DNA from: Macrostomum lignano | Lineage: Eukaryota | NCBI GenBank assembly: GCA_002269645.1 | Contig: NIVC01001196.1 | Coordinates: 62,001-126,000, forward strand | Direction of reading: 5' to 3' | DNA: 64,000 nt | Shown here: piece by piece, positions 21,395-34,850 of the stretch | Layout of the letters: each line of letters opens with the position of its first letter | Numbering within the stretch: the first letter of the stretch is position 1 | Notes under the pieces: model-generated | Told to the model about the DNA's origin: nothing | Database searches by the model: none | The model's input: the letters and a program-made list of their open reading frames with translations, nothing else | Translations under genes and position numbers: made by a program

Positions 21395-22538
21395 GCATCC
21401 ATTCTAAATAGTCAAAAAATTCTGCAGAAGACATTGTTTAGCTACTGTTTCCGAAAAGACGCTTCTCCTTTTCATGCTTTCTTTCTTTGTTATGTTAAAC
21501 GGGAAATTTCAGTATTTTTGGAGTAGATATTAATAATGTTCTTGTAATTTCGACTTTAATTAGAACACTCAAACGAATAACGAAAAAAAATAGGAAGAAA
21601 TAATTATTAAAAAGCACAGCAAACAAGAATAAAATTAGCAGGAAACAATTTGTTTCTAGCTCGTATATACTTATTACTATAGTCAGTGGTTGTGAAATTT
21701 CGCGGGATAGTTTTAATTCAGGGAACATCAAAGCCTCAAAACATTTGAAGCAACTTCATGAGAGAGAAAGTCTTTAAAGCTGCGACAAAGATAAAAAATT
21801 GAATATCAAAACCTTGGATAGTAATTTCATGCAGGAATTTACACAGAATTGAATATACAGAGAATAAAACATTATATTTCAAACCTGACAATTCATTGTG
21901 TCTGGGCAATGACTTAAAAATTTGAATGAAATATGTTACGAACTGTTAAGAAAGTGTGGGAGGAGAATGCGATAACAGGAAAAATTGATTAAAACAATGT
22001 TTCTACTCAAGTTAAAAAGTCTGAAAATGGAAAAAAATGAGTGAGACAGTTATACAGAATCTATAATAGCTAGAGTAAATACAAAAATTTCTTGCAAACT
22101 TGACGACTTAAAGCTGCATGATAGCCTTATAATTTTTATGAAATTGTTACAAACTGTTATAATAAGGTGGGATGACTCATGGAGGAGGATGTAAGAACAC
22201 ATAAGAAGGAATAAAACAATGATAGCTTAACAAGTGACGTCTGAGACCGGGAGCTGACCTTTATAATAATCCTTATTTCCATCGAGCAAACAGATAAAAA
22301 TATACTTAAATATACTTATAAATACTTTATATACTTAATATAAAAATATACTACTTTCAGTTTTAAAGCACCATAATGCTTGCAAACCTGGGTTGGAGTA
22401 GCTTGTGTATTTTCGTGTACTTGTACGAGCCTATGAAATATTTACTGGCTATTATAAGTAAAAGTTGAAAACGTGCCCAGTGTTTTTTGTCTAAACAGTC
22501 GACGCAAACAACCTCTAGCCCTGCCTTCGCATCTCATA

Positions 22539-25500
22539 TTATTTAAATGTGCTGAGCTGTGGGTCTCCTTGCGAAAACGTGCCAATAGAGTCGTAGTAGT
22601 CGTCCTCGCCGAGATTCCTCTGTGTAGTGTTGTATAATTTGTCGGCTACTGAATAGTCGTTTTCATTCTGAAAGAATAATAATTTCAGTTTTTAGGGAGC
22701 TGTTGTCGACTTAGTCAAAACTACTTATAGGTAAAATATTGCGGGAAATATGATAGTTACATCTCCAGCTGACGTTGTCTCAGGTGCATATGAACCGTCT
22801 CTAACCTGAAATATTTGTTAGAAACGTAATTGAAATTTAAATACTCGTAGCATCATTTGCAAGTGTGAGAGTGCATGACAGCAAAATCGTGAATTTCAGA
22901 CCTCGGTATTAGAATAAGTTGGAGTTTTGAGTCGCTTCAGATTCTGAAGATACTAAAATGATTGAAATATTTTCAAATGGTGTAAATATTAAATTAATTA
23001 AATGAAATTAAAGAACATTACTTCAAAATTCGCAAATAAAACCTTGTGGATGACAATTCCAACAATTGCAGCATTAATTGCAACTGCAGCCGAGGGAACA
23101 GCGATTGCTAAGACGAGAACATAAGTCGGAAAAGATTCTTTGGCTTCTGAAAAACCATGGATGAGTCGATTTGTGTCATTTTGTAAAGAAATTTACTAGC
23201 TGCGCTATTAGCAAATAGCACTCATCCAATATATTTCAGTGTTTTATTGTTTCAATAATTTAATGTTTACTACACTATGCACGCAAACGTTTAAATCTTT
23301 TTATATTGGTAAAGTTGCTCGCTTGGCAAGTACGATAAATAGGAAAGCGAAAATCAACATTTGTAGCGATGCGTTTCGCACGAAACTGTGCATCTTCAGG
23401 CTAGGTATATTTTGAGCAAAAAACGAGTGAGAACGGCAATAAATACAGAATTTTGGGGTTATAAATTCAATCAATATTTCTGAAAATGAGGGAAGGGGGC
23501 ACTGGCTGTACATTAGGCCTATTATTCTTCTAACTATTTCGACTACCATTACGTCCCTGGACTTCGCCTCTCGACTTTTGGACAAACATGTACTTTAAAT
23601 AATAAATATTAAATATTGATTGAATTTATAACCCCAAAATTCTGTATTTATTGCCGTTCTCACTCGTTTTTTGCTCAAAATATACCTAGCCTGAAGATGC
23701 ACAGTTACGTGCGAAACGCGTCGCTATAAATGTTGATTTTCGCCTTCCTCTTTTGATATAATTAGCTAAGTTTGCTTGAAATGAATCTCCTACCCGTTTG
23801 TGACAGTTTTTTAGTTGTTGCCGACTCCGGAGCAGAACTTGTTTCTGGTATCATTTTTGAAGTTGTTTGCAAACTTGGGCTGCTGACAACAGCCCGTGTT
23901 GTAGTTGGCGTCGTCTGCTTTGAACTAGTTGTTGCCGGTTCTGCGAAATTTTAAGAACATTAGTTTTAAGTAAGTTATATTTAACACGAGCATATGTAAC
24001 GTCGTAACACTTACAATATTACAGAGAACATCAACAAAACATTGTTTGAAATGAATTGCCTACCTGTTTGGGATAGTTTTCCACCAGTTGTAGCCAACTC
24101 AGGAGCAGAGCTTGTTTCTGGTATAACTTTTGCAGTTGATGGCAAATTTGGACTGCTGAAAACAGCGCGTGCTGTGGTAGGTCGAGACGGCTGCTCTGAA
24201 CTGGTTGTTGCTGGCACTGCGGATTTTTTAGAACGTTGTTTAGGAATAATGCGTCGTAGCACTTCCTTACTATTACAGAGAAAATAAACATGAAGAAATT
24301 AGTAAAACTTAATCAGCATGTAGCAAAGCATTAATGTAAGTTTAAATAGACATATTTTAGCAGACCCAATATAGTAAAACAAATACTCACAGTTATCGGC
24401 AGCTTCGTATTTCATTTTGATTCCGAGTGATCGATAGCTACTCTCTGGAATGTGTAGATGCACGGTCAAGACGTTTTCTGTCGTTATGAAATCCCGCGTT
24501 GTGTCCGAGAAGTTGCTCGATAGGGTGGCCAGAACTGTTGACCCATTGGCTCCATCAAACAGAGTGACGCTTTCATAGCGGGAAGTAATGTTAAAAAAGG
24601 TAAAGCGAGCCACCACTCGCTTTGACGGAGAGACCCTGATCACCCAGTAGCAGTCCGAGCTTATCAAGAAGCCCATAATGCCTGCAGACGAATGGCTGGC
24701 CAGCTCTCCAGTGTCGTTGGTCAGGAGCTCCGTGCCTTGACAAACTGTTGTTAAGTATAGGTCAACAACAAATGAAAAAAGTGCAACTGATGAAAATAAG
24801 AATCGAATTTATTTTAGCTTCTAATACTGTAACATGCATTCGTCAATAGTGTAAACTGCATAAGCGTACATATGCATCTATCGTTTGGCAATGCAAATTT
24901 TTTTACGAGCGTATAGTTTTACGGTGAAGTTGTTTAACTAAAAGCTTCAAACGCATTTCCTTACTGGGACTATGCTGCGCTGGATTTTCAAAATAATTAA
25001 GTCGCACATGAAAGCCTTGCTCACATTTTTCCGTTGTGTTGTACTTCATTCCGAAGCCAGAGCCTGTTCGACTATATATATAGGTATCCGTCACAAAATA
25101 TACAAGCATCGCATTTGACTTGGAAACAAAAATTCTTGAACTGACAGACTGAAATTTAAAGCTTCCGTCGTAACTTCCAATTGTCAGTGAGCGATTTGGG
25201 TGAAGTCCATCATATATTGCGACATAGTCCTTGTAGTAGAGACTGAATGATTTAAACTGAGCCACTACGCTGTATCCCAAAGGCGCGATAATACTCCAGT
25301 AGCACATCATACCGTTCAGATAGTTTGGGGATGATGAGTCATTATGGTCGAAAAACTCGCCTTGGCTGGCGTTAAGAATCTTCCAACCGTCGCAGACTGG
25401 AAAAAAATGAAAGTATTAATTTTTTATTCTATATCCTGCTCTCTATGCTCCTTATAGCTCGTAATTTATTGAATAAGTTCTAACTTACAGTTCTCAGCAA

Positions 25501-26353
25501 TGCTGTATCGAATTCGAAACCCGTAGTAATGTCCAGTGGCATCTGTTGTGAACCTGACCCTCATGTTGCTTGTGGTGGACAGGTATCCGACCTCTGTCGT
25601 AATAGAAGTGCTGTTGGCCAAAGTTTTTGAACCGCTGAGACCATCGTACAATGTGACTCTGTCGTACGAATACCGGTAATACTGTCTGCTAATACGAGGA
25701 GTAAACCAGGCGATTACTTTTTTGCCTGGCGACACAGAAATTAACCAATCGCATGTCATATTGTTTAAGTAGTGCGTTTTTTCGGGATTGGTGTGACTAA
25801 CTACTTCACCGTTGTCGGAGTCCCATTTCTGGACGCTTGGACATGCTAAAATGATGTTTATGATTAAAGAAAGAAAAAAATTCTTCTTGGGTTCTTATCG
25901 TTAAACGTGAATTAGAGAAGGTCACCAAACCTTGCTCATAGTAAAACTGAATAGAGAATCCGATCGATTCATGAAGATTGTCCGCTGTGAAAGAAATATG
26001 TGCGTCTCCTGTTGTAATCCAGTGTACTTTTGTACAGTAATAGTAGGTACTGCAAAACTGCAAATCTCTATCACTGCCAGGCTCACTGGAATTTGAGGAG
26101 TGCCTTGTTACAATTTTTAGGCAGTCCCCTATGCCAAGGTCGCAGGTTTTGATAAAGAGATTGATGTAGAATCCAGGGCGTTTGGGAAGTGTCCACAGGC
26201 AGGTTAAATTCGGCGCGTATAAGGACATTATGTAACCCTGATATGGCACGCTGTTGTACAAGTCCTGGCCGTAGCCTTTGTGGCTCTCGATGACTCCAGA
26301 CACTTTCGATGAATTTGCATAAATGATCGTGCCACAGGTATTATTATTTACAT
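22539..26353 (-). CDS. Gene B (paralog of gene A), 3' exon block: 4 CUB exons, 2 Ser/Thr stalk exons, TM helix, tail
   Basis: Exons: CUB 26353-25931, 25845-25489, 25396-25025, 24744-24391; stalk 24216-24064 and 23940-23794; TM 23146-23043 (TYVLVLAIAVPSAAVAINAAIVGIVIHK); tail 22952-22902, 22805-22761, 22667-22539 (TAA). All GT-AG, phase-compatible and collinear with gene A. Confidence 0.85.
23341..23750. mobile_element. MITE with ~140-bp TIRs in the gene B stalk-TM intron
   Basis: 23341-23479 is the reverse complement of ~23612-23750 with few mismatches; absent from the equivalent ~170-bp gene A intron. Confidence 0.8.
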
Positions 26354-27051
26354 CTGAAAGCAGACAAAGTTATCGTTATATGTACGCATATATGTTACTG
26401 AAGGTGGTCCTTCTGCTTCAGTGCGAATTGGCTTATCTTGTGCGTGGTGTGTGCTCATATTATTTTTGGCATTGTTGCGCGACAGTCCGTTAATAAATTC
26501 GCTAATATTTTATGTTGGAGTTTAACTTACTGATAGGGACAATTTAAGTTTATATTTTAATTCTCTGTGACCACAGTTGGAAGGAAGCCGAGAAAAAATT
26601 TTTGGCACAGTTTCCAGACAGTTTCCGTTTCGTGCCATGAGGGTCTAAAAAATTGTATGACTTGATAACCCTAGCTGTGAGGCTTCAGGGCTGATTTCTC
26701 TAAGACGAAACCTCATTTCTAATATATTAGACAATAAACTAATAAAACGAGATATAAGGATTAGTGGTGCAGAAGGGAAGGTGAAGTGCTAAGCCGCGAG
26801 TTTAACTTGTACTTATACGAACAGAATGAACAGGTTAGTTGTATTATCTATGGTAACAAGCGTAAATTAACGATTGAGATTATCTGTGGGGAAGAGCGTG
26901 GTAGATGAAGGGAGTCGGCTAACTGAAAAATACAAGGCTGAATTGCAAAACAGAAAGTACAAATAATTGGAGGATGGAATTCCGACAGGCTCGGGGGGCC
27001 AACAGGTAACGATAGATAGAGGGGATTGTGAACGGTAAAACAGTAGAATGA

Positions 27052-27744
27052 TTAACTTGTGACTGTAAGTATTCGGTTATTTAGTTCAGTTCCGGCGTCA
27101 AAAATTCCGTCACGGATTGTTTGCCGGCGTATGGTGCACTTGTCTCGGGGTGATTGGCCAGTCGGCGGGCCGGCAGGTGGACCGGCAGGTGGACTGGTAG
27201 GTGGACTGGCAGGCGGGCCGGCAGGCGGGCCGGCAGGCAGGCCGGCAGGCGGGCCGGCAGGCGGGCCGGCAGGCGGGCCGGCAGGCGGGCCGGCAGGCGG
27301 GCCGGCAGGCGGGCCGGCAGGCGGGCCGGCAGGCGGGCCGGCAGGCGGGCCGGCAGGCGGGCCGGCAGGCGGGCCGGCAGGCGGGCCGGCAGGCGGGCCG
27401 TTGATGTCGCACTCGAGGGGTTCGAGGTGTCCGATGGATCGCCGGACATTGTGGCCAGACACGGTGCGGATGGTCACATAGCGGACGACAACGGTTGGGT
27501 CCGGATGCAGCTGCAGAATCCGGCACACTTTCCATGTCGCTCGAGGCGTAGGTTCAGCCAGCAGACAGGCTTGGCCGGGTTGAAAGCTGATGCCGTCGCT
27601 GGTGTGCTGTCTGTGGGGACCTTGTAGATGGACTGACCGGAGATGGCTGAGGTACTCCTGTCTCCACCGGCCCCAGAACTCGTTAAGGATGGCGTCGCGG
27701 CGGCGATGTAGAGCTCGGAGGCGGTCAGCAGTGGAAGTACCGAC
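27052..27744 (-). mobile_element. BEL/Pao retrotransposon fragment, 3' part (post-integrase region)
   Basis: RRRDAILNEFWGRWRQEYLSHLR...PRATWKVCRILQLHP...VRRSIGHLEPLECD. Joins 34460-34850 in frame once the P-like element and one TSD are removed. Confidence 0.85.
27163..27400 (-). repeat. 12-bp tandem repeat encoding (PPAG)n in the BEL ORF
   Basis: About 13 perfect GCCGGCAGGCGG units plus about 7 degenerate units, in frame. Confidence 0.95.
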
Positions 27745-29013
27745 CAAGGACCACTAGAAGTTACCGTTGTATCAGGACGCAACACTCGTAAATATTGTAA
27801 AATTATTTGAAGGCCCGCTTGTTTACGTGTATTTATCGGTACTTGCCTTCAAAAAAGCATCTACTCGACTTAAGTCGACTGTTTTAAAGAAGCATACACT
27901 ACATTTGAGCCTCAGAAGCTTCATATAATATGTGTATTTATAGTTTATTTAGGCTGTAATCTAGATATTTTGAGTAATTATATCATTAAATGCAACTCGT
28001 TTTAATATTTCCTAGGCCCCCTAAGGTTTTATGCAGACAGCAGATACTGCTAGTCATAGTACTGAGAATTCAACAAAGCTTGAGAAAAGGTCAAAGGATC
28101 AGAAGGGCTTCTAACTAACTTACTATCAACCAGAAAGTAATTTAACCAGTAGGTCTATATTATTTTATAACTTATAAGCTTAGCCTTTACACTTTAGCTA
28201 GCTATGACAGGCTATCATATGACATTAGGCCTATCATACTGAAACTCCAACAGCTACTAGGCCTATGCCTAGGCCTACCATGATTATTAGGCCTAGTTAT
28301 TATTATTATTAATATTATTATTAGGCCTATTATTATTATTACTGAAGACTAGGACTAATTCATGTACTCATGCTTGATGTTAGTATCAGACAAGTTAAAT
28401 GATAGTTTATTTGTTTTTAATGTATCCAACCAATAAGATGTTGCTTTAGCTAACTAACCTATGCTTTTTATTCTTTTGTCCTTTTGTAGCAGACATATTT
28501 TAGCATATTAAAAGTTGGTTTCCCACTAGAAACAACAAGGCTAAAGTTTATTATACTGGCTTTTCAATTTCTTTAGGCCTATTTATTTTTGTGTTGAAAA
28601 CACTATTTTTTCCAATTTTTATCAGTGTAATAATATTGTAATGTATTACTGTCTTGAAGACATTTGCAGCACCTATTTTTAATGTCAAATAGCAGCTTTT
28701 CAATTGTGTTAGGTACAATTTTTTAAAAGGCCTTTATTTATTAATATTGGTGTTTTTTTAGAAGAAAAAATATTTCTGCTACTTTTTTATTTGTTTTTCT
28801 TTTATTACCAGTTTGTGTTCACTTTCAAATCTGTGCATTAATATAATACACAGTTATTCACTTATTAAAACCCTTTTTGGCTTTCATTTGTTTTTTCATA
28901 GTTTATGTTTTGGGTCTAATATTTTAAAATGTAAAGTGAGATAACTGAAATGTTTCAATTTTTTGGTTTATAAATCTAACAATTTCAGTGTACTCACAAA
29001 AAATTATCAAACC

Positions 29014-32000
29014 ATGCCCATGAAATGTTGCATACCATCTTGTAGAAGTAACTATCGCAATGAAGAGAAGGTAGCTATATTTGGCTTTCCTAAAGATGAG
29101 GCTGAGCATTGCCGATGGATTAATGCATTGCCATCGTCTATTAAGGTGAATAAAATGACCTTTTAATGAGTTACTTTATTCTTTAAAAGTAAATAATTGA
29201 GATCAATATAATTTTTGAATAATTAAAATGTATAGTAAAAATAATTAACTTTCTAAAGTTTATATATCAATTGTAGAATGTCTCTAAGTTCATGGGCATT
29301 TGCCGAAAGCATTGGGAAGATGATGCCCCCATGGTAAAAGTCAAGCGGTTCACAAGACCTAGGGACATACATGTGCAACCTCCAAAATTCGGTCAGCCGT
29401 GCGACTTAGTTTTAACAAAAATGCGACGTAGTTTTTGGCCAAAAATGCGACTTACATTTAAAAAAACCCGAAAGCAAAATTAACGCAACTTTGGGTAAAC
29501 GGCAGGAGTAACTATGACTGTTTTATTAAGCTAAAATGCCTCGTCAGCTACTTAGTACTACTCTTTAGGTTATTTTTGGGTGGGCATTTTTGCGACTTCC
29601 TTGATTGGCCGCCAAATCGGTCGGCCGGATCGGCCGACTCGGCCGACTGTTGCGCATGTATGCCTAGGGACCCACCTTCTATTTTTCAATTTGCTAAGAA
29701 AAGTGATATGCGCCAAACATATCCAAGTAAGTTAACAATATGCCCTATCATATAGCATGTTATATAACCTATAGCTCAGGTAAAGTTGGATTGCCTTTTA
29801 TAATGTGTTGTTGTTTGTAATTCAAAAATATTTTTAGAGAAGTCAAGGCAGGCTGTTAAAAGAGGCATTTCCCTGTCACAGCGTGGTCAAGAACCAGATC
29901 AAATGCCTGCATTTAACAAAGCCGATCGAATCTGTTCGTGGAATGCTTTCCAAGTTGCTGCTTTAGCTCTTCCCTTCTTAGTTGGCTGGCTTGTGCAAGT
30001 TTCGGATTCGAATGTTTTGTTCTTGACCATATTTGAACGTGCAGTTGAATTCTATATCTGTGTTAATAGTGACTTCACTGTTGAAGCCTATCGACAGAAC
30101 AGTGTTGTCAAGGTAACTGACCTCCTAGGATTTCAATGGAAACTAGAACGCTTTAGTCAACTTGAAGCTATTGTCAATAGGGTCAAACAGGCCCCATTGA
30201 CAATTAGTGATGAGATCAAGTCTAGTGTGGCAACCATTCGAAAGTTACCATGTAGCTCCAAGCAACTGTTTCTTCTTCGTCAACTGGAATTGTCCTTATC
30301 ATCAAATGGGCACTATTATAATTCATCAGACATTTTAACAGCCATGAAGATCTTCCTATCTGGCACTAATGCTTATCGGTCAGCAAGGCACCTTATGACT
30401 CTACCGCATGCTACAACTCTAAAGCGTCATCTTGGTGGTCTTGGTAATGTTGGAACAGACTTAGATTGTAAGACCATTGTGAGCACACATTTTGGCCAAC
30501 TGACTCCGTCACAGAAGTTGTGTACTGTTATTTTTGATGAAGTATACGTTTTACCATCAGCTCGTTTCCGAGGTGGACATACAGTTGGCTATGCTGAGGA
30601 TGTACCAACACAATTGGCTCGTACTATCCTAGCCTTAATGATAAAACCATTCATGGGAGCCCAATCATTTGTGGCTAGGCTGATTCCTGTTTATAGTTTA
30701 AAACCCAACTTCTTGTTCCAACAAATTGTAAAACTAATTAGGGTTATTCATCAATGCAATGGGCAGGTTGTAAGTCTTATTTGTGACAATCATTTCATCA
30801 ACCGTATCTGCTACCAGAAGTTTCAGTTTGACAACATGGATGCACCCTGGAAGGCAATTAACCCAGTAGATCAAAGCCTACCTTTGTTTCTATTATATGA
30901 CACAGTTCATCTATTGAAAAACATTCGCAATAATTGGTATACTCAAGGCTCAAAGATTATTGACTTTCAACTTTTACCAGAAGGGCCTATTTGTCAAGCT
31001 AATTGGAATGATATTATAGATATTGAGCAGAAATCACAGCTTCATGTTGTTCGACCTACAACACTTAGTCCACAATCATGCCATCCATCTCCATTGGAAC
31101 GTCAGAAGGTATCTTTAGTTCTTCAAGTTTTTAATGAAAAGACAATTGCTGCTCTTCAACTTCATGGGTTTTATGGTACAGCCACTTTTATAGATTTTAT
31201 CCTTAAGTTTTGGAAAGTGGTTAATGTAAAATCAACAACATCTCATATGCAGCTGCATGATGATACACGTAGTCCAATTTTCTCTGAAGAGTCAAGCAAT
31301 CTTAAGTTACTAAGTATGTTTGCCGAAGTATTAGAACGGATGCCTGGAGGTCGAGGACCTGGACGTTTACAATCGCTTACTTCGGAAACTCGCAAGGCTG
31401 CTATACAGACATCAAAAGGGCTGGTTGAACTGAGCAGATATTTACTAAAAGACTGTAAATTTTCCTATGTGTTATTAGGTAAGAATAAGTGTATACCAGT
31501 AAGTAGTGAAAGTTGATTTAGATAAAAGTACCTTTTCAAAGTAAGTGAGTCATTTAATTTTTATTTATACACATTCTCTAGGTGAGCTTCAATCAGACAG
31601 ACTTGAAGGAGAATTTTCTATTTACAGACAAGGACATGGGGGCTGCTATTATATATCAGTTGAGCAGATAATGCTCTCAGCCCGCCTACGAAGAATGCAA
31701 CTGTATGCAGACCTGCAAATTGATGCACCATCTATGAACTGCCAAGCACAAGACAGCTGTTGTACTGGCACAATGTCATTTGAAGAGATTGAGTTAATTG
31801 ATAATTTGCCAGGCCAAATTGAAGAGGTATCACTGGATGAAAGAGTAACTCTGTATTATATCTGCGGCTATATTTCAATGAAGGAGTCATTAGAAGTGCC
31901 TGAAGTATTTCCTGCTCAAACTGTACAGGCACCAGATAGTGAGTTTACTAACCTTTTATCTAGAGGAAAATTGCAACATCCTCCTGAATGGCTAATTGTC

Positions 32001-32246
32001 TATGCATCAATGTGCTACTCACTCTTTGGTATGATGTCACTGAAGTGTGCCAGACATACAATTCGCCTTTTTCTATATACTTTTGAGTCACTTGTTGACT
32101 TTGATATTCAAAAGGATCAACTATCATCTATTGCTCGCCGGCTTGCAAATACTTTTTTCAAAGGCCTAGTGCGTAAGTCATCAGAGATACCTCGGCATAC
32201 TTTCAATGCCAATGGACGTAGACTACGTAAACTACAACATGAATGA
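29014..32246 (+). pseudogene. Four-exon THAP/P-type transposase interrupted by a MITE in exon 2
   Basis: THAP C2CH domain: MKCCIPSC...FGFPKDE...WINALP | NVSKFMGICRKHW...RD[MITE]PPSIF. Catalytic core: IFDEVY, LICDNHFINR, YDTVHLLKNIRNNW, LG|ELQSDRLEGEFSIYRQ. GT-AG introns near 29146-29276, 29726-29837 and 31480-31581; phases are compatible. Confidence 0.9.
29366..29662. mobile_element. 297-bp MITE (CA...TG ends, 8-bp TSD)
   Basis: TIR CATACATGTGCAAC / GTTGCGCATGTATG; TSD CCTAGGGA (29358-29365, 29663-29670). Removing it restores the THAP reading frame. Confidence 0.9.
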
Positions 32247-32421
32247 TTTGCTACATTCTTTATTATCACACTCTGGCTAGTTGACCAATTGCTGGCATAC
32301 TCAGATGTATTTCTTGAAGCCCATGAATTTTTTATATACTTTGGGGATAGCTATAATTTATTGCAAGCTTTTGTATCAATTTAAGTTTGCTTAAGTTAGT
32401 TGAGTCTATTAAAAAGTTTGA

Positions 32422-32645
32422 ACAGTTTTGTTCATATTTTTGGAGGCATCTATTTAATTACTTACAGGATAACATTCTACTGTTTGTTAGAAAGTTGTTG
32501 ACAGTTTTGTCAAATGTACAGTTTTGTTCATATTTTTGTAGGCATCTATTTAATTACTTACAGGCTAACATTCTACTGTTTGTTAGAAAATTGTTGACAG
32601 TTTTGTCAAATGTACAGTTTTGTTTATAATTTTGTAGGCATCTAT
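32422..32645. repeat. 96-bp tandem repeat (~2.3 copies) in the P-like element 3' region
   Basis: ACAGTTTTG unit starts at 32422, 32518 and 32614. Confidence 0.85.
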
Positions 32646-34459
32646 TACCCTTTACATGCAAAAATTGTTTTTAAAAGTCATTAATAAGTCTGTTGATTAT
32701 TTTTTTGTATTCTAGTTACCTGATTGTTGATTTTATAGCTAAGTGAAGTTAAATGCTTCAAAATTGGTTGAGCTATGCTGTTTAAGTAAATCATTTACCA
32801 ATACCACTTTAGAACAAGACACTCATTTTTGTTATACTGAATAGAATTATAGAATTAGATTAGATTTGATTTGGATTAGATTAATTATATCATTTCACTA
32901 AGCTGAAGTTATATGTTCAAAACTGAAGTCAAGGGTAAAGGAGTACTATTTTTTACCATACATTAGAATGACAAATAGGAAAAAAACATCTTAGTCTAAA
33001 GACAAATATAGTTTTACACAGTGTTATAGACAATGTGTAAACAATGTGTAAGATTTATTTGTTTGTTTAACTAGCATTCCTAGCAACATGGCTTATAGTT
33101 TGTTATAGTTTTTTGTTGTCAATACAGCAATATATTAGAGTATATAAATTCACAATTGAATATACTTTGAAGTCTAAATGTGTATAATTCTCTTTCCTTA
33201 TTTATTAGGCCTAAGACAATTCTGTATAGCCGGATGTATACCATTTATAGACTTATCTAAAGCTATTGTTCTAACTATCTTTATACAAGATTGTAAACCT
33301 TATCTTGTTTTTCATCAGTGCAATAAGTAGGTTGTTAGTCTTGTCATTGACAATTATTTTATGAACCATATTGTTTACAAATGTTGCAGATTGACGGTTG
33401 AGATGTTTGTTTAGTTTAACTACAGTTTCTTATTATCATTACCTTTATATCCATATTCAATGTACTTTAATTTGTTAGTTTGTCAGTTTCATGTTAGTTA
33501 AACCAGCTGTGATTTGATGGTTTAAGCTTTGTTTCATACATATTAGGTTATAGAGAAAATGTATTCATTTACTCAAAACAAGGCTTGTTTTGTTGTTCAT
33601 TGCAAAGCAGGTATTTATTAATCCCAAATTGGTTTCATTTCAGGTGTGCCAAATCATCCAATCTAGATGTTCATCCATCAATGTCTGCTGAGCTAACATG
33701 GTGAAGTACTGTGATTCATTATGCTTTGTGATTTTAAGAGATTTTTTAGACAGAATGACTTGATTGGTATGAAAGTTTAAGTTTAAAATACATTGGCTTA
33801 TTGTTGCTTTTTGACTTTGTTTTCTTATTTCGCATGTATTCTTTATGAAATTAGAGGTTTTTATATCGAAATTGAACTTAAATACAAATAAAGTTGTGCT
33901 ACTGTACAAGTTTTATTTGACTCCTACTGTTCATTTGAACAGCAAAAGAAAGATTATGAATGTTGGAGTTCTTGTTGGGCAGGTGTGCCAAGATTTCAAA
34001 AATACTGCGCCTTTCTGATTTTTATAATACTGGTTTTTGATAGTGAAGTGACGCCTTTGCAGCCCACTGAACTCTGTACAGATTATCCGCTTTATAAAGC
34101 TTCCAACTACAGAGTATGTTGTATGGTCTGCTACTTTATCGAGACTAGGAGGCAATAATTGAAGTAACTGAAACTTTATTCATTTTGTATGCAATGAAAT
34201 ATTGTGTATTGCCGTTACTTTACTGTACGCCCGCCGCTCCTACATGTAGATATAGCGCTAAAGTTTGTTATATGTTTAAGAGAACAAAATTTCGAGCAAC
34301 CTGGCGAAAAAATTATCTTTCAAAGTGCAACCAGTCCGGAGTTATGAGCATTTAAAGTTAAGCTGCAATGCAAACAAGCGGGCCTTCAAATAATTTTGCA
34401 ATATTTACGAGTGTTGCGTCCTGATACAACGGTAACTTCTAGTGGTCCTTGGTACCGAC

Positions 34460-34850
34460 AAGCAGGAAGGTTTCGTTGTGAACCGGAAGTAACAGGTGAG
34501 GGCCAACCCCGAGGAGGTGAGCCGGAGTCAGCGGTGACGGATCGGCCGGGTCGTTGGAGACGGTGGTCAGCGGCCGGCAGTTAAGAATGGCCTCGATCTT
34601 GACGAGGAGAGTGTGTAGTTCCTTATCGGAGATGCGCTTGCGCCAGAGGGCAGGACGAACACTGGACTTTGTGAGGGCGACGAGGCGCTCGACCGCCCCT
34701 TGGTGCCAGGGGGCTCGGACTGGCGCGAACTTGAACATCAGGGGTCGCGTGGCGGCGAGTGGTCGGAGGTTGTTGTGGAGCTTTTTCTAGAAGTCGATGG
34801 CGATGTGGTTCTCTACGAACTTTCCTGCGGCTTGGAAGGCTGGGCAAGTT
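34460..34850 (-). mobile_element. BEL/Pao retrotransposon fragment, integrase core
   Basis: FKFAPVRAPWHQGAVERLVALTK...EAILNCRPLT...LTPAHLL, characteristic of BEL/Pao integrase. Confidence 0.85.

Larger units (their letters stand above)
27745..34451 (+). mobile_element. P-element-like (THAP transposase) DNA transposon, 6.7 kb
   Basis: 80-bp TIRs starting CAAGG (27745-27824, 34372-34451; one mismatch) and 8-bp TSD GTACCGAC (27737-27744, 34452-34459). Confidence 0.95.
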
